DNA of 64,000 bases from contig OZ253564.1 in the NCBI GenBank assembly GCA_965262915.1, positions 576,001-640,000 of the forward strand, given 5' to 3'. Shown piece by piece: positions 32,061-45,870 of this stretch. Position 1 is the stretch's first letter, and every line of letters begins with the position of its first letter. The position numbers and the translations under genes were made by a program. A model generated the notes under the pieces. That model was given only the letters and a program-made list of their open reading frames with translations, ran no database searches and was not told the origin of the DNA. The DNA is from Candidatus Spongiisociaceae bacterium. GTDB lineage: Bacteria > Actinomycetota > Acidimicrobiia > Spongiisociales > Spongiisociaceae.

Positions 32061-32300
32061 CCGGTGTGGAACCCCCCGCGTGCGCGCACCCAGGCAGCAC
32101 GCCGGGGGACAGCGTGAGTCCGTGCCGGACGTTCTCCCGAGCGGGGAACCCCCGGTGCGGAGCGCAGGGCCAAGGGTGCCCTTTCGCACCCGGCTGCCCG
32201 CACCTCTCCGATCGGTCCCGGATCCGGGATCGGCAAGGCCCGGAACCTCCGGGGTGTCCGGAACAGCGGATGGACGAGCAGAGCCGGTTCGGAGGCGCGC

Positions 32301-34139
<1,839 letters not shown>

Positions 34140-34303
34140 CTGTCGGTTGTCCGTTGCCGGTTGCCAGTCGTAGGTAGCCTGTGGTGGAAGGTTCAGGTCT
34201 GTACTAGCCCGAGCGAGTCAGGTCGGCAAGATCTCAATGGGCTCAAGCGTTCCCTGCGCGTGAGATTGAGTGGCCAGTGACGACTCACACAACCGACACC
34301 CGA

Positions 34304-34387
34304 CACCTGGCACCTGGCACCTGGCACCTGGCACCTGGCACCTGGCACCTGGCACCTGGCACCTGGCACCTGGCACCTGGCACCTGG
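34304..34387 (+). repeat. Heptamer tandem repeat (CACCTGG)x12
   Basis: 12 perfect units preceded by degenerate CAACCGA CACCCGA; immediately upstream of acpS. Confidence 0.98.
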
Positions 34388-34408
34388 CCTCCGCCTACCC
34401 TGCGGGCC

Positions 34409-34798
34409 ATGCGCATCATCGGGCTGGGGGTCGACCTCGCCGACATATCCCGGATCGAGCGGCTGCTAGTCCGCTATCCCCGCTTCGCCCGGCGCTGTTT
34501 CACTTCTCACGAGCAGGAGTACGCCGAGCGGTTTGCCCGCCCGGCCCGCCGCTACGCCGCCCGCTTCGCCGGCAAGGAAGCGGTGATGAAGTCACTCGGC
34601 ACCGGGTACCGGCAGCTGCGCTGGACCGACATCGAGATCACAGGGGGCGGCAAGCCGACGGTGAACCTAACCGGAACCGCGGCAGCTCGGGCCGAGCAGC
34701 TCGGCGTTACCCATTTCGAGGTGGCCATCACCCACACGGACACCGACGCGCTGGTGTTCGCGGTGGCGCTAGGGGAGCACCGCGTCGGCGAAGGCTGA
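34409..34798 (+). CDS. acpS: Holo-[acyl-carrier-protein] synthase
   Basis: IIGLGVDL..I.RI, F...E, AARFAGKEAVMKSLGTG, GKP, ITH; TACCCT 7 nt upstream of the ATG suggests a leaderless transcript. Confidence 0.95.
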   Translation: MRIIGLGVDLADISRIERLLVRYPRFARRCFTSHEQEYAERFARPARRYAARFAGKEAVMKSLGTGYRQLRWTDIEITGGGKPTVNLTGTAAARAEQLGVTHFEVAITHTDTDALVFAVALGEHRVGEG

Positions 34799-34825
34799 CA
34801 CCGGATCGGAAAGGAGACCATGCCC

Positions 34826-37800
34826 TCAGGACCGTTCACCGGGCGTTGCCGGCGAGTCGCCCGAACTCCGGACTTCCTGGACACCCGCGGGCGAGGGTAG
34901 CGTCCACAACCTGCCCCAGCAGGCAACCGTGCCGTCGGTGCGAAGCCCGCAAGAGTGCTCGTATCCGCCGACGAGCATGGTGAACCGCCCTTCCGGTGGG
35001 TGCACCTGCTGACTGTACGTTTTGGCCCAGCAGACTACCGTGCCGTCGGTGCGTATCCCGCACCAGCGACGGAAACCGGCGGCAAGTGCGGTGAACCCCG
35101 TGGTCGGCGAGACCGGCGGTTCCGGGACGTGGGAACCGCAGCAGGTGACGGTTCCGTCTTCTCGGATCCCGCAACTGGCGCCGTCAGCGACACCTAGGGC
35201 GGTGAACCGGCCTTCCGGTGGTTCGGCCTGCCCGCTGAAGGGGCGGGTATTCAGCGGGTAAACCCCCGGTGACCCCATCAACCCCTGCACCCCGTCCGGC
35301 GGTGCCCGCCACTGCGACGAGCCCCAGCATGTGATCGTCTCATCCGTGCGGAGCCCGCAGGAGAAGCGGTCCCCGGCGGCGAGCTGGGTGAACCGGTCTT
35401 CCGGTGGGTACGTTCGGTCGCTACGGTCGTTGCCCCAGCAGGCGGCGGCGCCGTTACTTCGAAGCGCGCAGGCATGGTAGGGACCGGAGGTCAGCGCGGT
35501 GTATTCCCCGCGCGCCGAGTTGCGCCACTGGCCCAGGTGATCGCTCCAGTCCCAGCACTCGACATCGCCGCCGACCCTTATCCCGCAGTGCGCTCGCCCG
35601 ACCGCCGCTATGGCGGCGAACCGGCCTGCCGGTTCATATATCTGCTCGTAGCCCCAGCAGGCTACGGTCCCGTCGGTTCTGATCGCGCAGTTTCCGACTA
35701 TTGAGGTGAATTGGCCCTCCGGTTCATTTCCCTGCCGGTAGGGGTTGGAGTCCCAGCAATCGATGGTGCCGTCGGTTCTGATCCCGCAGGCTTCGGTTAT
35801 GAAGGTGAATCTGCCGTCCGGTTGGCCTCCCCACCCGGTGATGCTTATTCCGCAGCAGATCGCAGTGGCATCGACTCGTAACCCGCACGTATGGCGGTAG
35901 CCGGCGGCAAGGGCGGTGAACCGGCCGTCCGGGGCCGCGGAGTGCCGGTAGTCGTCGTCGCCCCAGCAGGTGACCTCACCGTCGGTGCGCAGCCCGCATG
36001 TGTACACCTCACCGGCGGTTAAGGAGGTGAACTGCCCGCCGGGTGCGTCGGCTTGTCCGAAGCGGTTGTCGCCCCAGCACGTGATGGCTCCGTCGGCGCC
36101 GAGCGCGCACGAGTGGTCACCTCCGGTGGTCACAGCGGTGAACGTCCCGGAGGGGGCGTTGAGCTGGTTCCAGTGGTTGTCGCCCCAGCAGGTGATGGTT
36201 CCGTCGGTGCCGAGCGCGCACGAGTGGTCACCTCCGGCGCTGACGCCTGTGAACGTTCCGGCGGGTGCCTTCGACTGGCCTGACCTGTTCCTGCCCCAGC
36301 AGTTGATGGTCCCTCTGGAGCGCAGCGCACAGGTGTGATGCCGACCGGCGTCCAGCGCGACGAACCGCTCGTCGGACACATCGAGTTGCCCGTACTGGTT
36401 CTTGCCCCAGCATGCGACGGTCTCGTCGGCGCGCAGCCCGCACGCGTGCTGGTGTCCTGCCGACACGGCACTGAACCTTCCGGGCGGCAGCGTCTGCTGG
36501 AGTAGATGTTGGTCCATCCAGTAGGGGCGTTCAGCCCTTCCCCAGCAGCTGATGGTTCCGTGGATCCGTATACCGCAGGTTTGGTTCACGCCTCCACTCA
36601 GGGCGATGAAAGGTCCCTCCGGCGTGCCGGCTTGGCCGCTGACATTGTTGCCCCAGCATGCCACGCTGCTGTCGGCCAAGAGCCCGCACGCGTGACCGGC
36701 GCCCGCGGACACCGCCGTGAACGGGCCCGCCCGCCCCGCATCCCCCGGCGGAGAGTGGGTTAGGTCGCGCACGCCTTCGGTGGGGGCTTCGACCAACAGG
36801 CCGCCCCAGCAACTGACCGTGCGGTCGGCTCGAAGCCCGCAGGAGTGGTCTCCTGCGGCGGTCAGAGCCGCAAAAGGTCCGTCTGGAACATCGAGTTGAC
36901 CGTGCGAGTCCCAGCCCCAGCAGGTGATCCTGCCGTCCGTGCGGAGCCCGCAGGAGTGGTGGGTGCCTACGGCGACGCCGCTGAACCGTCCGGAAGGGGC
37001 GTTCAACTGTCCGCGGCTGTTGCTGCCCCAGCAGGTGATCCTGCGGTCGGTGCGCAGTCCGCAGGTGTGGGTTTGACCGACGGCTATTGCTCTGAACCGC
37101 CCGTCAGGTGGTGTCGCTTGGCCGTTCTCGTTGTCGCCCCAGCATCTGACAGTGCCGCCGACGCGCAGTCCGCAGGTGAAGGTGGGGCCGGCGTCTATGG
37201 CGCCGAAGTAACCGCTGGGTGCCCGGGTCTGGCCGTTCTCGTTGTCGCCCCAGCAGGTGACTCCACCGGTGGTGCGGAGTCCGCAGGTGAAGGCGGCGCC
37301 GACCGTTATGGCTTTGAAGTGGCCGGCGGGTGCCCGGGTCTGGCCGTTCTCGTTGTCGCCCCAGCAGGTGACGGTGCCGCCGACGCGCAGCCCGCACGAG
37401 TGAGCAGGTCCCGTCGCCAGCGCAGTGAACGGTCCGACCCGTATGTTTGCTCTCTCGAGTTGTCCCCAGCAGACCGCGGCGCCGTCGGTCCGGATCCCGC
37501 ATGTGCGGCCGTCGCCCATGTCCAAGGTCGTGAAGCGTCCGCCGGGGGTGCGGTACCGGCTGGCATCGTCGTCCCCCCAGCAGTCCACGGAACCATCCAC
37601 TCTCAGACCGCACGAGTACTGGGTGCCGGAGGCCACGGAGGCGAAGTGCCCGCCCGAAGATCCGAATCCGGGCCTGCTCCACGCGTCTCCTCCCCAGCAG
37701 TCGATCGTGCCGTCCGGCCTCCGCCCGCACGAGAACCGGGCTCCCGCGGTTATTGCAGTGAATGGCCCGCCGGGCGCATCCAGTTGTCCGTTGCGGTTGC

Positions 37801-38119
37801 TGCCCCAACACAGGACGGATCCTTCGGTGCGAAACCCGCACACGTGGTCTTCGCCCACCGCAATCGAGCTGAACTCCCCGTACGCGAAGTCGGCATGGTC
37901 CGAGATTCTCCTGCTCCAGCAGGTGACGGAGCCGCCAGTCCGTATCCCGCACGACGTTTCCATGCCCGAGTCCAGCGCGGTGAACTTCCCGTCCGGCGGG
38001 TTCAGATTCCCGGAGGAGTTGTCGCCCCAGCACGTGATGGTACGGTCGGTGCGGATTCCACACGAGTAGGAATCACCGGCGGACACGGCGATGAATCTGC
38101 CGCCGGGTGGGTCGAGCAA
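34826..38119 (-). CDS. RCC1-like repeat protein (28 repeats), probably 5'-truncated
   Basis: Repeats F..VSAG..HSCGLR.DG.V.CWG.N..GQ...P.G; one more repeat lies upstream in frame (to about 38195) with no start codon or signal peptide; in-frame stop at 38240. Confidence 0.85.
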   Translation of the reverse strand: MLDPPGGRFIAVSAGDSYSCGIRTDRTITCWGDNSSGNLNPPDGKFTALDSGMETSCGIRTGGSVTCWSRRISDHADFAYGEFSSIAVGEDHVCGFRTEGSVLCWGSNRNGQLDAPGGPFTAITAGARFSCGRRPDGTIDCWGGDAWSRPGFGSSGGHFASVASGTQYSCGLRVDGSVDCWGDDDASRYRTPGGRFTTLDMGDGRTCGIRTDGAAVCWGQLERANIRVGPFTALATGPAHSCGLRVGGTVTCWGDNENGQTRAPAGHFKAITVGAAFTCGLRTTGGVTCWGDNENGQTRAPSGYFGAIDAGPTFTCGLRVGGTVRCWGDNENGQATPPDGRFRAIAVGQTHTCGLRTDRRITCWGSNSRGQLNAPSGRFSGVAVGTHHSCGLRTDGRITCWGWDSHGQLDVPDGPFAALTAAGDHSCGLRADRTVSCWGGLLVEAPTEGVRDLTHSPPGDAGRAGPFTAVSAGAGHACGLLADSSVACWGNNVSGQAGTPEGPFIALSGGVNQTCGIRIHGTISCWGRAERPYWMDQHLLQQTLPPGRFSAVSAGHQHACGLRADETVACWGKNQYGQLDVSDERFVALDAGRHHTCALRSRGTINCWGRNRSGQSKAPAGTFTGVSAGGDHSCALGTDGTITCWGDNHWNQLNAPSGTFTAVTTGGDHSCALGADGAITCWGDNRFGQADAPGGQFTSLTAGEVYTCGLRTDGEVTCWGDDDYRHSAAPDGRFTALAAGYRHTCGLRVDATAICCGISITGWGGQPDGRFTFITEACGIRTDGTIDCWDSNPYRQGNEPEGQFTSIVGNCAIRTDGTVACWGYEQIYEPAGRFAAIAAVGRAHCGIRVGGDVECWDWSDHLGQWRNSARGEYTALTSGPYHACALRSNGAAACWGNDRSDRTYPPEDRFTQLAAGDRFSCGLRTDETITCWGSSQWRAPPDGVQGLMGSPGVYPLNTRPFSGQAEPPEGRFTALGVADGASCGIREDGTVTCCGSHVPEPPVSPTTGFTALAAGFRRWCGIRTDGTVVCWAKTYSQQVHPPEGRFTMLVGGYEHSCGLRTDGTVACWGRLWTLPSPAGVQEVRSSGDSPATPGERS

Positions 38120-38720
38120 TCCATCCCGGGTCCAGCCCCAGCAGTCCAGAGTGCCGTTTGTCCGGATCCCGCAAGTGTGGAGGAAGCCTGCGCGCGACGG
38201 TGTCGGGTTCCGGCTGGTTGGTGTGTCCGTGCCAACGTACTATGGCGCCCTCGAGACCGAACCTGGCCGGCACCGAACAACGGTAGTCGTTGTAGCGGAC
38301 CTGCTCCCGGTGGGTGTCCAGGTAGGGATCGTCCCACCGGTCCACCGCCAGGCGGTCACCACGGTGGTTCCACAACCCCGCCGGGTGGGGGCGGCGTCGC
38401 AGGGTCGAAGGTCGAAGACCTGCTCGGGCGGCCAGACCCTCAACGTTGACCGGGGCTGCCACATCACCGCACCATCCCGACCAGCCCCACCACACCGCAT
38501 ATGTGGCCCGGTCCGTATGCGACCACCCTCACCCGATACGGCCCCCCGAATCACGGTCATAAACAATCCCTCCACCTCAGCCACCAAACGCCGGTACCGC
38601 ACCGGGCAACGGGCCACCCCACAAGAAGGCGTCCTCCACCCCCACAGCCACCACCAGACCCGCCAGCACCAACCCTGCTCGATCCAACCGGCCTTCGGTA
38701 TCGGGGGTTAGCGGAATATC

Positions 38721-39755
38721 TAGATGGTTAGTTCCAAGGTTTTGGTGGTCATATGCGATGAGGGAGCGTGCTGGGCCTGGTCGTTGGGTGGTTTCGTTGT
38801 GCCAGATGACGGTGGTGAGGGCGAGTATCGGTTGGAGGACAGGTGCCACAACACCCGCTTTGGTGCGTCCGCCGTGACGTTCGAGATCGAGTTGGCCCTT
38901 GAAGGTTTGGAAGATCGATTCGATGATGTGGCGGAAGGGTCGGAGGAACCGCTGGCCGCTTCTGGGCGCTTCTGTTTTTGTGGCGGGGCGGATGAGGGTC
39001 ATGTGGGCCTCGTTGAGGTCTTCCTCGAAGCTGGCGCTTCGGTATCCTTTGTCCGCCATGAGAGTTTGGCCCGCTCGGGCTAGGCGGGCGTGGGCGATCA
39101 TTTCTGTGGCGATGTCGCGTTCGTCCGCTTTGGCCGGCGCCAGCGCGAAGGCTATCGGCAGTCCCGATGGGGTGGCCACCAGGTGGAAGCGCAGCCCCCA
39201 GAAGTAGCGGGAGTGGGAGGCGCAGTAGCCGTATTCGGCCCATCCCCCCAGGTCAGAGCGTTGTTGGGTTGTGCGGCTGCGTCCGCACTCGACGGGCGTG
39301 GAGTCCACCAACCACAGGTCGTCATGCCACGACGGGCAGTCCCGGGCCAGCCAGGCGATGATGTGTTGCATCGTGAGGCCGAGGCGGCGTAGCCGCCTGT
39401 TGTAGGCGGATCGGGTAGGCAGATACGGGAACCATGGTTTGAGATGGGCGTGCGCGTAGCGCAAGAAACGGGCCTCGGAAGTGTATCTGAGCAGCGACTG
39501 GATCACCGCCAGGGTGACCAACTCGGCGTCGGACAGCTTGGGAGCGATCCCCACCGCGGGTCGCTCCGGCACCCACTCGGGATGCTGGATCAACAGATCA
39601 TCAACCGTCACATATACTGTGGTAGCAAGGGTGTCCAGGTCCGGGTTCATACCAGGTCCTCCGGGATCGGGGAAGTTTTTTCACCCCGGATTCTGGACAC
39701 CCCCACCCCCAAAACGGTGGATTATCCACCCACACCCCTTGGAACTACTCATCTA
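38721..39755 (-). mobile_element. IS982-family element, copy 2 (transposase starts at 39650; stop codon lost)
   Basis: IRs TAGATGGTTAGTTCCAAGG / TAGATGAGTAGTTCCAAGG; CTAG junctions; the TAA after AYDH in copy 1 is CAA here, so the ORF reads through to 38577. Confidence 0.9.
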
Positions 39756-39857
39756 GACGAGTTGTAACCGTTTGGTCCATCGATACCGTCCGGCGCTAAC
39801 CCGAAGAACCTCCACCCGGTGGTGATGCCCGTCTTATTACATGCTACGATAGGGGTG

Positions 39858-40139
39858 GTGATAAAGAGCTACAGCCACCGAGGACTCAGAAGGGCACACC
39901 AACGCGGCAACTACCACCAAGTCAACGCCGCCTACGCCAACCGGATCGCCCGAGTGATCGCCACCCTGCAGGCAGCAACCAAACCCTCAGACCTCGACAT
40001 CCCCGGATACCGGCTCCATCCACTCAAAGGCAACCTGGAAGGGTTCTGGAGCATCAGAGTTTCCGCCAACTGGCGGATCACCTTCCGGATGGACGGAGTC
40101 CACGTCGTAGACGTGGACCTAGTCGACTACCACAACTAG
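39858..40139 (+). CDS. higB: HigB (RelE/ParE-family) toxin
   Basis: IKS..HRGL, DL..PGYRLHPLKG...GFWSIRVSANWRITFR, VDLVDYH. Confidence 0.92.
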   Translation: MIKSYSHRGLRRAHQRGNYHQVNAAYANRIARVIATLQAATKPSDLDIPGYRLHPLKGNLEGFWSIRVSANWRITFRMDGVHVVDVDLVDYHN

Positions 40140-40151
40140 GAGCGAACACCG

Positions 40152-40460
40152 ATGCCCATGATGAAAGACCCCCCACATCCTGGCGGCACCATCAAAGAGG
40201 ACTGCATCGAGGCCGAAGGTCTCACTGTCACCGAAGCAGCCCGCATCCTCGGTGTAACCCGTCCCACACTCTCCCGCGTCCTCAACGGCCGCGGTGGGAT
40301 CTCACCAGAAATGGCAATCCGCTTCGAGAAGATCGGATGGTCCAACGCCGAGTTCTGGATGCGTCTCCAAACGTACTACGACCTCGCCCAAGCACGCCTC
40401 AACGAAGACCGGATCAACGTCGAGCCCTACCAACCCGCAGCCGCAGCCGCGGGCTCCTAG
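40152..40460 (+). CDS. higA: HigA antitoxin (Xre HTH)
   Basis: [44 protein letters not shown]. Confidence 0.95.
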   Translation: MPMMKDPPHPGGTIKEDCIEAEGLTVTEAARILGVTRPTLSRVLNGRGGISPEMAIRFEKIGWSNAEFWMRLQTYYDLAQARLNEDRINVEPYQPAAAAAGS

Positions 40461-40682
40461 ACCCGGGGGGACGTCGAATCGGCGTCCTCTGCCGTAGGTA
40501 AGGGGTAGCCCTTACCTCGTCGGTCACGGTCGATGGCCATGCAGGGCAAGGGCTATCTCGATGACCAGAACCGGGCGGGTCTCCCTGCGAGGAGGTTCCG
40601 CCAGGCCGTGAGCCTCACCGCTATGTGACGCAATACATCACGGGTCGGGGGCGGTTTCGGGGGTGGCGTAGGTTTGGTTCAG

Positions 40683-41947
<1,265 letters not shown>

Positions 41948-42116
41948 GGTTTGCCCGACGTGCGGACAATCTCCACCGCATCACGTTTGAACTCATCGGA
42001 GCACTTGCGTCTCGGTCGACTCCCTCCCAACAGGACTCCTTCCCCACACGCTGCGTCCATTCTCGGACATCAAACGCGCTCTTTGTGGAAGCGTCCGGCC
42101 ACCGGGGGGAACTCCA
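41948..42116 (-). mobile_element. Left end and start of orfA of a second IS3 element, interrupted by the IS51-like element
   Basis: IR TGGAGTTCCCCCCGGTGGCCGGAC at 42116; RRKCSDEFKRDAVEIVRTSGKP abuts the other IRL. Confidence 0.75.
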
Positions 42117-42129
42117 CCCGGAGTACGGC

Positions 42130-43090
42130 TCATTTTGGGTGTTGTGGGTTGGTGGTGGGGCTGGTGTTGGTTCGGCCTTGTTGGAGGATCCAGTGGCGGA
42201 ATGCTTGGACTTCGGGTCTTTGTCTGGAGGCTGTGGTGGTGATGAGGCAGCAGCGTTCGGGGGTGTCGGCTTGGTGGTTGAGGACGGGGACCAGTGTTCC
42301 GTTTTCGAGTTCGGGGGCGATTAGGACGGGGCGGCCGATCGCGGCGCCGAGCCCGTGGGTGGCAGCGTCGATGACCATGCTGTACAGGCGGAAACCTGAC
42401 GCCTGGGTGAGGTCGGGGGAGGGCTGCTTTTGGCATGCGGACCAGTAAGCCCAGTCGGTGTCCCACCCTAGGTCGTATAGCAGGGGCCAGCCCTGGAGGT
42501 CGGCGGGGCTGTTGGGCCGACCACGAGCCGCGAGCAGGGTGGGGCTGCACACGGCGGTCAGGTGTTCTTGGTAGAGCGTTTCCTCGATTAGGGTGTCTTG
42601 GCGTCTGGCGACGGGGCGTGGCGCCGCGGTCACGCCGGTGTACGCGATCCAGGCGTCGAAGTCGCGTCGGTCGGGGTCGACACCGCGATGGTCGGTTTCT
42701 AACTCGATCGCTATACCCGGATGGGTTGCTTCGAGATCTGCGAGCCTTGGCACCAGCCATTTCTCGGCGACTGCTTCAACCGACACGATCCGAACATGGC
42801 GCGGCTGGTGGCTTAGCCGTTCGGTGACGCCGTGAACGTCGACGAGGATGCGCTGCACTTCCTTGAGGTAGACCCGGCCGAGGTGGTTGAGGACCACACT
42901 GCGGTGGTGGCGGTCGAAGAGTTGGACACCGAGATGCTCTTCGAGGTCCGGACACGGTAGGCAACAGCCGCGGCGGTGACACTTAGTTCGGCCGCGGCGC
43001 GAGCGAAGCTCTGGCAGCGGGCGGCTGCCTCGAAGAAGCGCAGGCTTTCGAGCGGGGGCAAACGCAAAGAGAGGTCTCGAACGTCGGGGA
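42130..43090 (-). pseudogene. LysR-family (GcvA-like) regulator, frameshifted near 42945
   Basis: LPPLESLRFFEAAAR..SF..AA.EL.VT..AV in one frame; LEEHLGVQLFDR...WLVPRL...GLGAA...L.PV in another. Confidence 0.85.
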
Positions 43091-43650
43091 CGGATCTGGC
43101 GGACCTGATTATGCCACAAAGCGTCCTAACCACCCCACAGATGGGATAGGCCTACTAGCGCGTAGCACAAGATGTATTATGTCTATACGGGTGTGCACAA
43201 CCACTCTACAATTTGATAGACGCCCCCTCGTAACACTAAGACCCATGATTCTGTGTATGGCCACTTCCGGCTTGCTCCAGGCAAAACAGTCGGCGGGTTC
43301 AGGCTGGGTCTTGGACTATTCGAGGCGGCCGTTCTATCGACCTTGCCTACAGTCACCCCACCCAGACATAAGGGATAATTGTGTCACTGATTAGCACGAG
43401 AGTCTTTATGCCTAATCGGAACAGGTATCCGCTATCAGTTTTGGTAGTCTTCTGACGGATATTAGGGGGCGGTCAGCAGTGCTGCCTTCGGCTCAGTCAA
43501 CAGGACCTGATCAGGCGGGAGCCGACGAGCCCCCACGGAACCGCGCAGGGCTAACTCGTAGTAGTCCGCCGATAAGCGGCTGGATCGTATCCTCAGTCGT
43601 GTAACGGAGTATCCCGACTGTCTTGCAAGACACGGATAGAGAAGAAAGGG

Positions 43651-44120
43651 TTGTTGATAGCCAAAAGGATTGTGCTCTTGTTAGCTGCTCTGACACTGGT
43701 TGCCGGGGCGTGCGGCGGAGCCGAAGAAACCACCACAGATACAGGGCCGGTGACGGTGTCCACCACTGCTGGTTCTACGGCTGAAACGGTTGAAGCCACA
43801 ACCACCGAGGTAACGGTGGATCTGAGCCAAGCGGGTACTCTTGCCGAGGTTCAGGCCCGCGGTTCTCTGCGTTGTGGCGTTTCGACCAGCGCAATCGGCT
43901 TCGCCGAGCCTCAGGACGACGGTTCCTTCAAGGGATTCGACGCCGACTACTGCCGGGCCGTGGCTGCGGCGGTTCTCGGTGATGCCAACGCGGTGGGGTT
44001 CGTCGGTACCACAGCCGCTGAGCGCTTCAACGTTCTGGCCGCCGGTGAGATCGATGTGCTGTTCCGTAACACCACCTGGACGCAGAGCCGGGACACGGAG
44101 ATCGGCGGCGACTTCGGACT
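43651..44120 (+). pseudogene. AapJ/BztA-like amino acid ABC substrate-binding lipoprotein, 3'-truncated
   Basis: Lipobox LVAGAC, TLAEVQARG.L.CGV, GFDADYCRAVAAA, RNTTWT.SRD; similarity stops after about 155 aa. Confidence 0.85.
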
Positions 44121-44840
44121 CGAACCGCACAGTACCCCTATCATCCCAGGTCAGCAGCTTTTGACTTCAGGAGATTGTTACTTCGGGTGTTATATCGTGA
44201 TCGAGTGAAACCCCCTAATTTGCGGTCCCACGCTGCTACGCGGCATTCGTCGACGCCCATCAGTCCGCACATTTGCAGCGCCCGGCCCAGGTCCATCCCA
44301 CTCGCGGCGATCGCTTTGAACGCTACGGCACGTCCGGCGAGGTCGTGTGCGTAGGTTGGAGGTGAAGTCGAACCGGACATCGGTGGTATCCAGCTTGGCG
44401 GCGAATTCGTCGCCGCCAGACGCTCTATCCGCAGCCTGGCGTTCTCCCGCTCCAGTTCCCCGAGTCGTCCCCGCTCACTGCAAGTGAGCCCTTCCGCTCA
44501 GCCCTGTTGATCTCATCCTGACCTACCCAGTTGCCCAGGGTGTGCGCCGAGCTGCGCCGCCGTGGTCGGCGGGTGAACCACAAACGTGTCGAGCGGCTGA
44601 CGAAGCGCCACCACCTCCCGGGTTTCGTGCCCCACAAGCTCGCAGTGCGGCACCTTCTGAGGCACGGACCTACCAGCGCCTCCGATCCGGGGCTGCTTGA
44701 GCGCTTGGAGGTCAGCCGGGCGCAAGCCACCCAGGTGCTCCGCCGCCTCGAAGACGCCGAGTTCGTGTACGCATTCCAGGACAGAGGGGAGTCGGCCGTC
44801 CCCGAAAGCTGTACGCAACTCGTCTCAGCCACGAGGAGAC

Positions 44841-45156
44841 TGGAGTTCCCCCCATGGGCTGGACACTTGGTTTATGCGGCCGTGTGATGGTAGTAGTTGT
44901 CCTCCCATTCGTTCGGTGGCTGTTGCCCGATCGTGGAGTGAAGCCGGCGGGGGTTGTACCAGGCTTCGATCCAGTACCGGATCGATAGGCGGGCCTGGCG
45001 GCGGCTTCGGTAGTCGGCTCGGTTGACGAGTTCCTTCTTGAGGGTGCCGAGAAACGACTCGGCGGCGGCGTTGTCCCAGCACACCCCGATCCGTCCCACC
45101 GACTGTGCGATGCCATATGCCCGGCACAGCTGGGCGGTGGCCCTCAAGGTGAATTG
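44841..45156 (-). mobile_element. 3' part of an IS3 element (integrase C-terminus and right IR)
   Basis: QFT...QSVGRIGVCWDNAAAESF..TLKKE...WYN.RRLHSTIG; IR TGGAGTTCCCCCCATGGGCTGGAC at 44841 resembles the IR at 42116. Confidence 0.85.
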
Positions 45157-45431
45157 CCCGGGTTCAAGGGGTCGTTGCAACACTGCCTTGTTTGAGGGAG
45201 TGTAGGTTGGAGTTCCCCCCGGTGGCCGGACGAGACGCGTGATTTCACGCCGTGGCTGGCTGAGAACCTGGACCTGTTGGGGGAGGAACTCGGGCCGGGT
45301 TTGGAGGCTGTCGGGAGTCGGATCCAAACCGTTTTGTGCCTTTCGTGAAGGGAATCTGGGGAGTTACGACCCTCTATTCGGGCCCTGGGGTGGTACCAGG
45401 CTACCGGTTGCCTTCACAGAAGGGGCATTCC
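45157..45431 (+). repeat. 275-bp inverted repeat, right copy
   Basis: Reverse complement of 40683-40957. Confidence 0.93.
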
Positions 45432-45870
45432 GTGAACAGAACCTTGAACTCCCCTTGGCGCGTCCGGCAGCGATGCTGGTAGCCGGATGGGACCTCCCCA
45501 TAGCAAACCCCGCCCGGGGCTAACCGTCGAGATAGCCCTTGCTATGTGTGGCTTATCGACCGTAGTCAGATGAGGTGGGTGCTACTCCAGGCTTGCGGCA
45601 GAGGACACCGACCGGGCCACCTCGGTGAATGTGTCACCAGCCTCGTACCGATCCCAAATTGTTGTCTGCTCCACAGTGTTCATATGACGGCCCATCACAA
45701 CACCTCCAACTCATCCCAGCCGGTATTTCCAGCCCAGGGTGTTGCGTTGACCCTCTGAGGCCACAGAGTCCTTGTCTATTGCTTTGTCCAAGGCTCGCGA
45801 TCACGGCATTGTTGAATGGCTGGCGAGCCAGTGTCATCCTATACTCCAGGTCTTAACCACGGAGTAAAGA

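Noticed and set aside
34277-34408. HLAPGTW repeat as an N-terminal extension of AcpS
   Set aside because: This is a translation of the heptamer VNTR; AcpS similarity starts at ATG 34409, which has its own -10-like hexamer.
39714-39730. TTATCCACC as a DnaA box
   Set aside because: It is part of a short palindrome inside the IS982 end and is isolated.
44220-44830. Short ORFs as genuine genes
   Set aside because: A patchwork of IS3 orfA/orfB scraps on both strands plus an HTH fragment; no complete gene can be supported.
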